IMG/VR virus record: IMGVR_UViG_3300045256_000050
Location: 1-64,000 of that record
Strand: one strand, 5' to 3'
DNA: 64,000 nucleotides
The position numbers and the translations under genes were made by a program. Shown piece after piece: positions 62,079 to 64,000 of this stretch. How positions within the stretch are numbered: the first letter of the stretch is position 1; every line of letters starts with the position of its first letter. A model generated the notes under the pieces. It did not search any database and was not told the DNA's origin. It was given only the letters and a program-made list of their open reading frames with translations.

Positions 62079-62131
62079 GGTATTCCCCTAATATGTGGCT
62101 TCGCAGCTATATACCATTAACAGGAGCAAAG

Positions 62132-62641
62132 ATGGCAGAAACCAAGCAAGAAGTTAAGGTTGAGGAAGTGGATGAGGACGTGTTCGCCATCCCGACGGCC
62201 GAAGTTATGGAAGACATGGGCGAGATCATGCCGACCATGAACGTCAACCCGTCCCTCCCCGCCCCGCAGCAAGAAGAGAAGTGCATCGTAGAAGACGAGA
62301 AGATTCTGGGCCTCTACGACGAGATTCTGGTCAACTGTCGAGACGACCGAAAGCAATGTGACGAAATCCTCGTTCAGTTAATCAACATGGTGCTGAACGA
62401 CGGTGACGCCTCCAGTGCGACGAAGGAGGCGATGGTCAACGTCCTCAAGGCGAAGACCGACGTGAGTGACAAGATGGCGAAGGTCGCCGATCTGATGACT
62501 CGTATTAAGCTCAAGGACAAGGACACGTTCCCACGCTACCTCGCCGCTCACCAGCACAACAACGTGACGATTGAGAGTAACAACACGAAGCGTGACATCC
62601 TCAAGGCACTTCAGACCGCAAAGAAAAAGGGTGGCAAATGA
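62132..62641 (+). CDS. Hypothetical protein (possibly terminase-small-subunit-like)
   Basis: AGGAG RBS; helical core then 'NNVTI...RDILK' tail; family not confirmed. Confidence 0.75.
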   Translation: MAETKQEVKVEEVDEDVFAIPTAEVMEDMGEIMPTMNVNPSLPAPQQEEKCIVEDEKILGLYDEILVNCRDDRKQCDEILVQLINMVLNDGDASSATKEAMVNVLKAKTDVSDKMAKVADLMTRIKLKDKDTFPRYLAAHQHNNVTIESNNTKRDILKALQTAKKKGGK

Positions 62642-63924
62642 CAAACAGAATCAATGAGATGTACTGGCTCGCCGAAATGGACATTCCGGCCGCAGGTGGT
62701 CAGCCCGACCCCGGTGCCGGTGGTCCGCCCACGTCGATGCCGGGCGGGCCGGGCGACCCGATGGCTCAGAACCCAGGCCAGTTGCCGCCGCAAGGTGGCG
62801 GCTCGCCCGTCCCACAGCAAGAGCCGATGGAAGAACCGGACGCCCCGGACATGCCGGACATGGGCGAAGACGTGAACTTCGAGACATGGAAGAAGGAGTA
62901 CATGAAGGCGTCCGTCAAGGGCGACCCGAACGTGCTGCTCGACATGATTGGTCAGGTGCGTGACAAGGAACTCGACCCGAACCCCCGTAAGTTCGTGGAA
63001 GACAACCTCCAGGTCTGTTTCCTCCGTCAGCACCAAGACTTCCTCATCCCGTCGAAGAAGCTCCGCACGATGGTCAAGGATCAACTCGACCGGACGGCCC
63101 CTGGTACTTCACTGATTCAATACTTGACACAGGTACTCGACGAGTCCCCGCTGGTCGCACAAATCCTCCTGAAGCTCCCGAACACGGGCGGCGGCAAGGG
63201 TGACTACCACCGGAAGTTCCTGGCGGCGATGCTCGGGGCCGTTCAGGTCGGTAGCGGTGCTGGCAACGAAGACTTGGTTTACAACGAGAAGGATTACAGC
63301 ATCCTGGTCAGCACCCGGTTCAACACCCGCTGGGGTGACGTGAACCTGGGCCGCTGGTCGATGAAGGAAGACGACGCTCAGCGGTACTTGAAGCCCGCCG
63401 AACTGCAACGCCTCGAAGGCGGCAGCCCGGAGGAGCGTGACGTTCTGCGTCGGCGTGTCGTGATGGAATCCATCTCCGAGACGTTCAAGCTGCGGGCGTA
63501 TTTGATTAACGCCGTGTCGGACGACGGCACCATCGGCCACCTGGGACTCGACCTGGGGAACTGCCTGCGTGCCGCCTACACCGACGGCAAGCTCGTGGTG
63601 CGGACGAAGGACAGTGACGCCCGGAGTGCGTTCATTGACGAAGAGGGTCAGGTCGTGCCGATCCCGGACATGAACATCTACTACGTCAAGCAGGCCGAAG
63701 ACATGGACGAGAAGGGCCAGCAGGACACGGAAGAGATCGAGTTCATCGCCTACCGGGACGGGAACCTGTACCTGACCGCCCAGCCGGACGTGTTGAAGGA
63801 AGCCGCCAGCACCTTGCAGGGGTTGGTGTACAAAGAGACGCCGTTCCAGGGCAACCCGACCGATCTGGTTCGGATCAGCCGGTGCGTGCCGTCGGCAGCA
63901 GAAGTCCTCATGAAGCAGTGCTAA
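62638..63924 (+). CDS. Hypothetical protein with a Pro/Gly/acidic N-terminus, probable head protein
   Basis: 428-aa ORF, ATGA overlap. Confidence 0.8.
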   Translation: MTNRINEMYWLAEMDIPAAGGQPDPGAGGPPTSMPGGPGDPMAQNPGQLPPQGGGSPVPQQEPMEEPDAPDMPDMGEDVNFETWKKEYMKASVKGDPNVLLDMIGQVRDKELDPNPRKFVEDNLQVCFLRQHQDFLIPSKKLRTMVKDQLDRTAPGTSLIQYLTQVLDESPLVAQILLKLPNTGGGKGDYHRKFLAAMLGAVQVGSGAGNEDLVYNEKDYSILVSTRFNTRWGDVNLGRWSMKEDDAQRYLKPAELQRLEGGSPEERDVLRRRVVMESISETFKLRAYLINAVSDDGTIGHLGLDLGNCLRAAYTDGKLVVRTKDSDARSAFIDEEGQVVPIPDMNIYYVKQAEDMDEKGQQDTEEIEFIAYRDGNLYLTAQPDVLKEAASTLQGLVYKETPFQGNPTDLVRISRCVPSAAEVLMKQC

Positions 63925-64000
63925 CCTATGGCAAGTAGTGACAGCCGCAAGGCGACGGAAGATTTAGTGAAGGGCTTTAAGGATGTGTTCTCTCGGTACA

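Noticed and set aside
1-64000. Alternative genetic code (stop-codon reassignment)
   Set aside because: Recognisable enzymes are full length under the standard code, and TGA, TAA and TAG all end genes at sensible positions.

Overview
This window looks like part of a large (jumbo-type) GC-rich bacteriophage genome. It has no rRNA or housekeeping operons, is dense in short ORFans, and carries virion and tail-like genes, a gp32-like SSB, dCMP deaminase, RNase H, ClpP, MetRS, PyrE and a CCA-adding-enzyme homolog. The host cannot be fixed from sequence alone. The main feature is positions 1-17.4 kb: about 46 short co-oriented genes, two tRNA genes and two structured non-coding stretches, punctuated by about 47 copies of a 23-bp imperfect palindrome, TGACAC-CGRCTG-N5-GYGTRA. 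This motif itself supplies the stop codon for about 35 of the genes and is followed by a few interchangeable hairpin/RBS modules, so the region resembles a gene-cassette array. No recombinase is visible in the window. A G/C-skew switch with inverted repeats at 4.6-4.9 kb suggests a replication origin inside the array. Other notable items: two tandem circularly permuted tRNA-like RNAs (Y-RNA/YrlA-like architecture) at 40.1-40.5 kb; an exact 16-bp motif embedded in three unrelated genes in three different reading frames; an ethylene-receptor-like histidine kinase with its response regulator; six proteins with T4-like capsid-targeting N-termini, including a CCA enzyme with altered catalytic residues; and three tandem paralogous receptor-binding-like proteins. 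All coordinates and counts were read by eye and no database searches were run.
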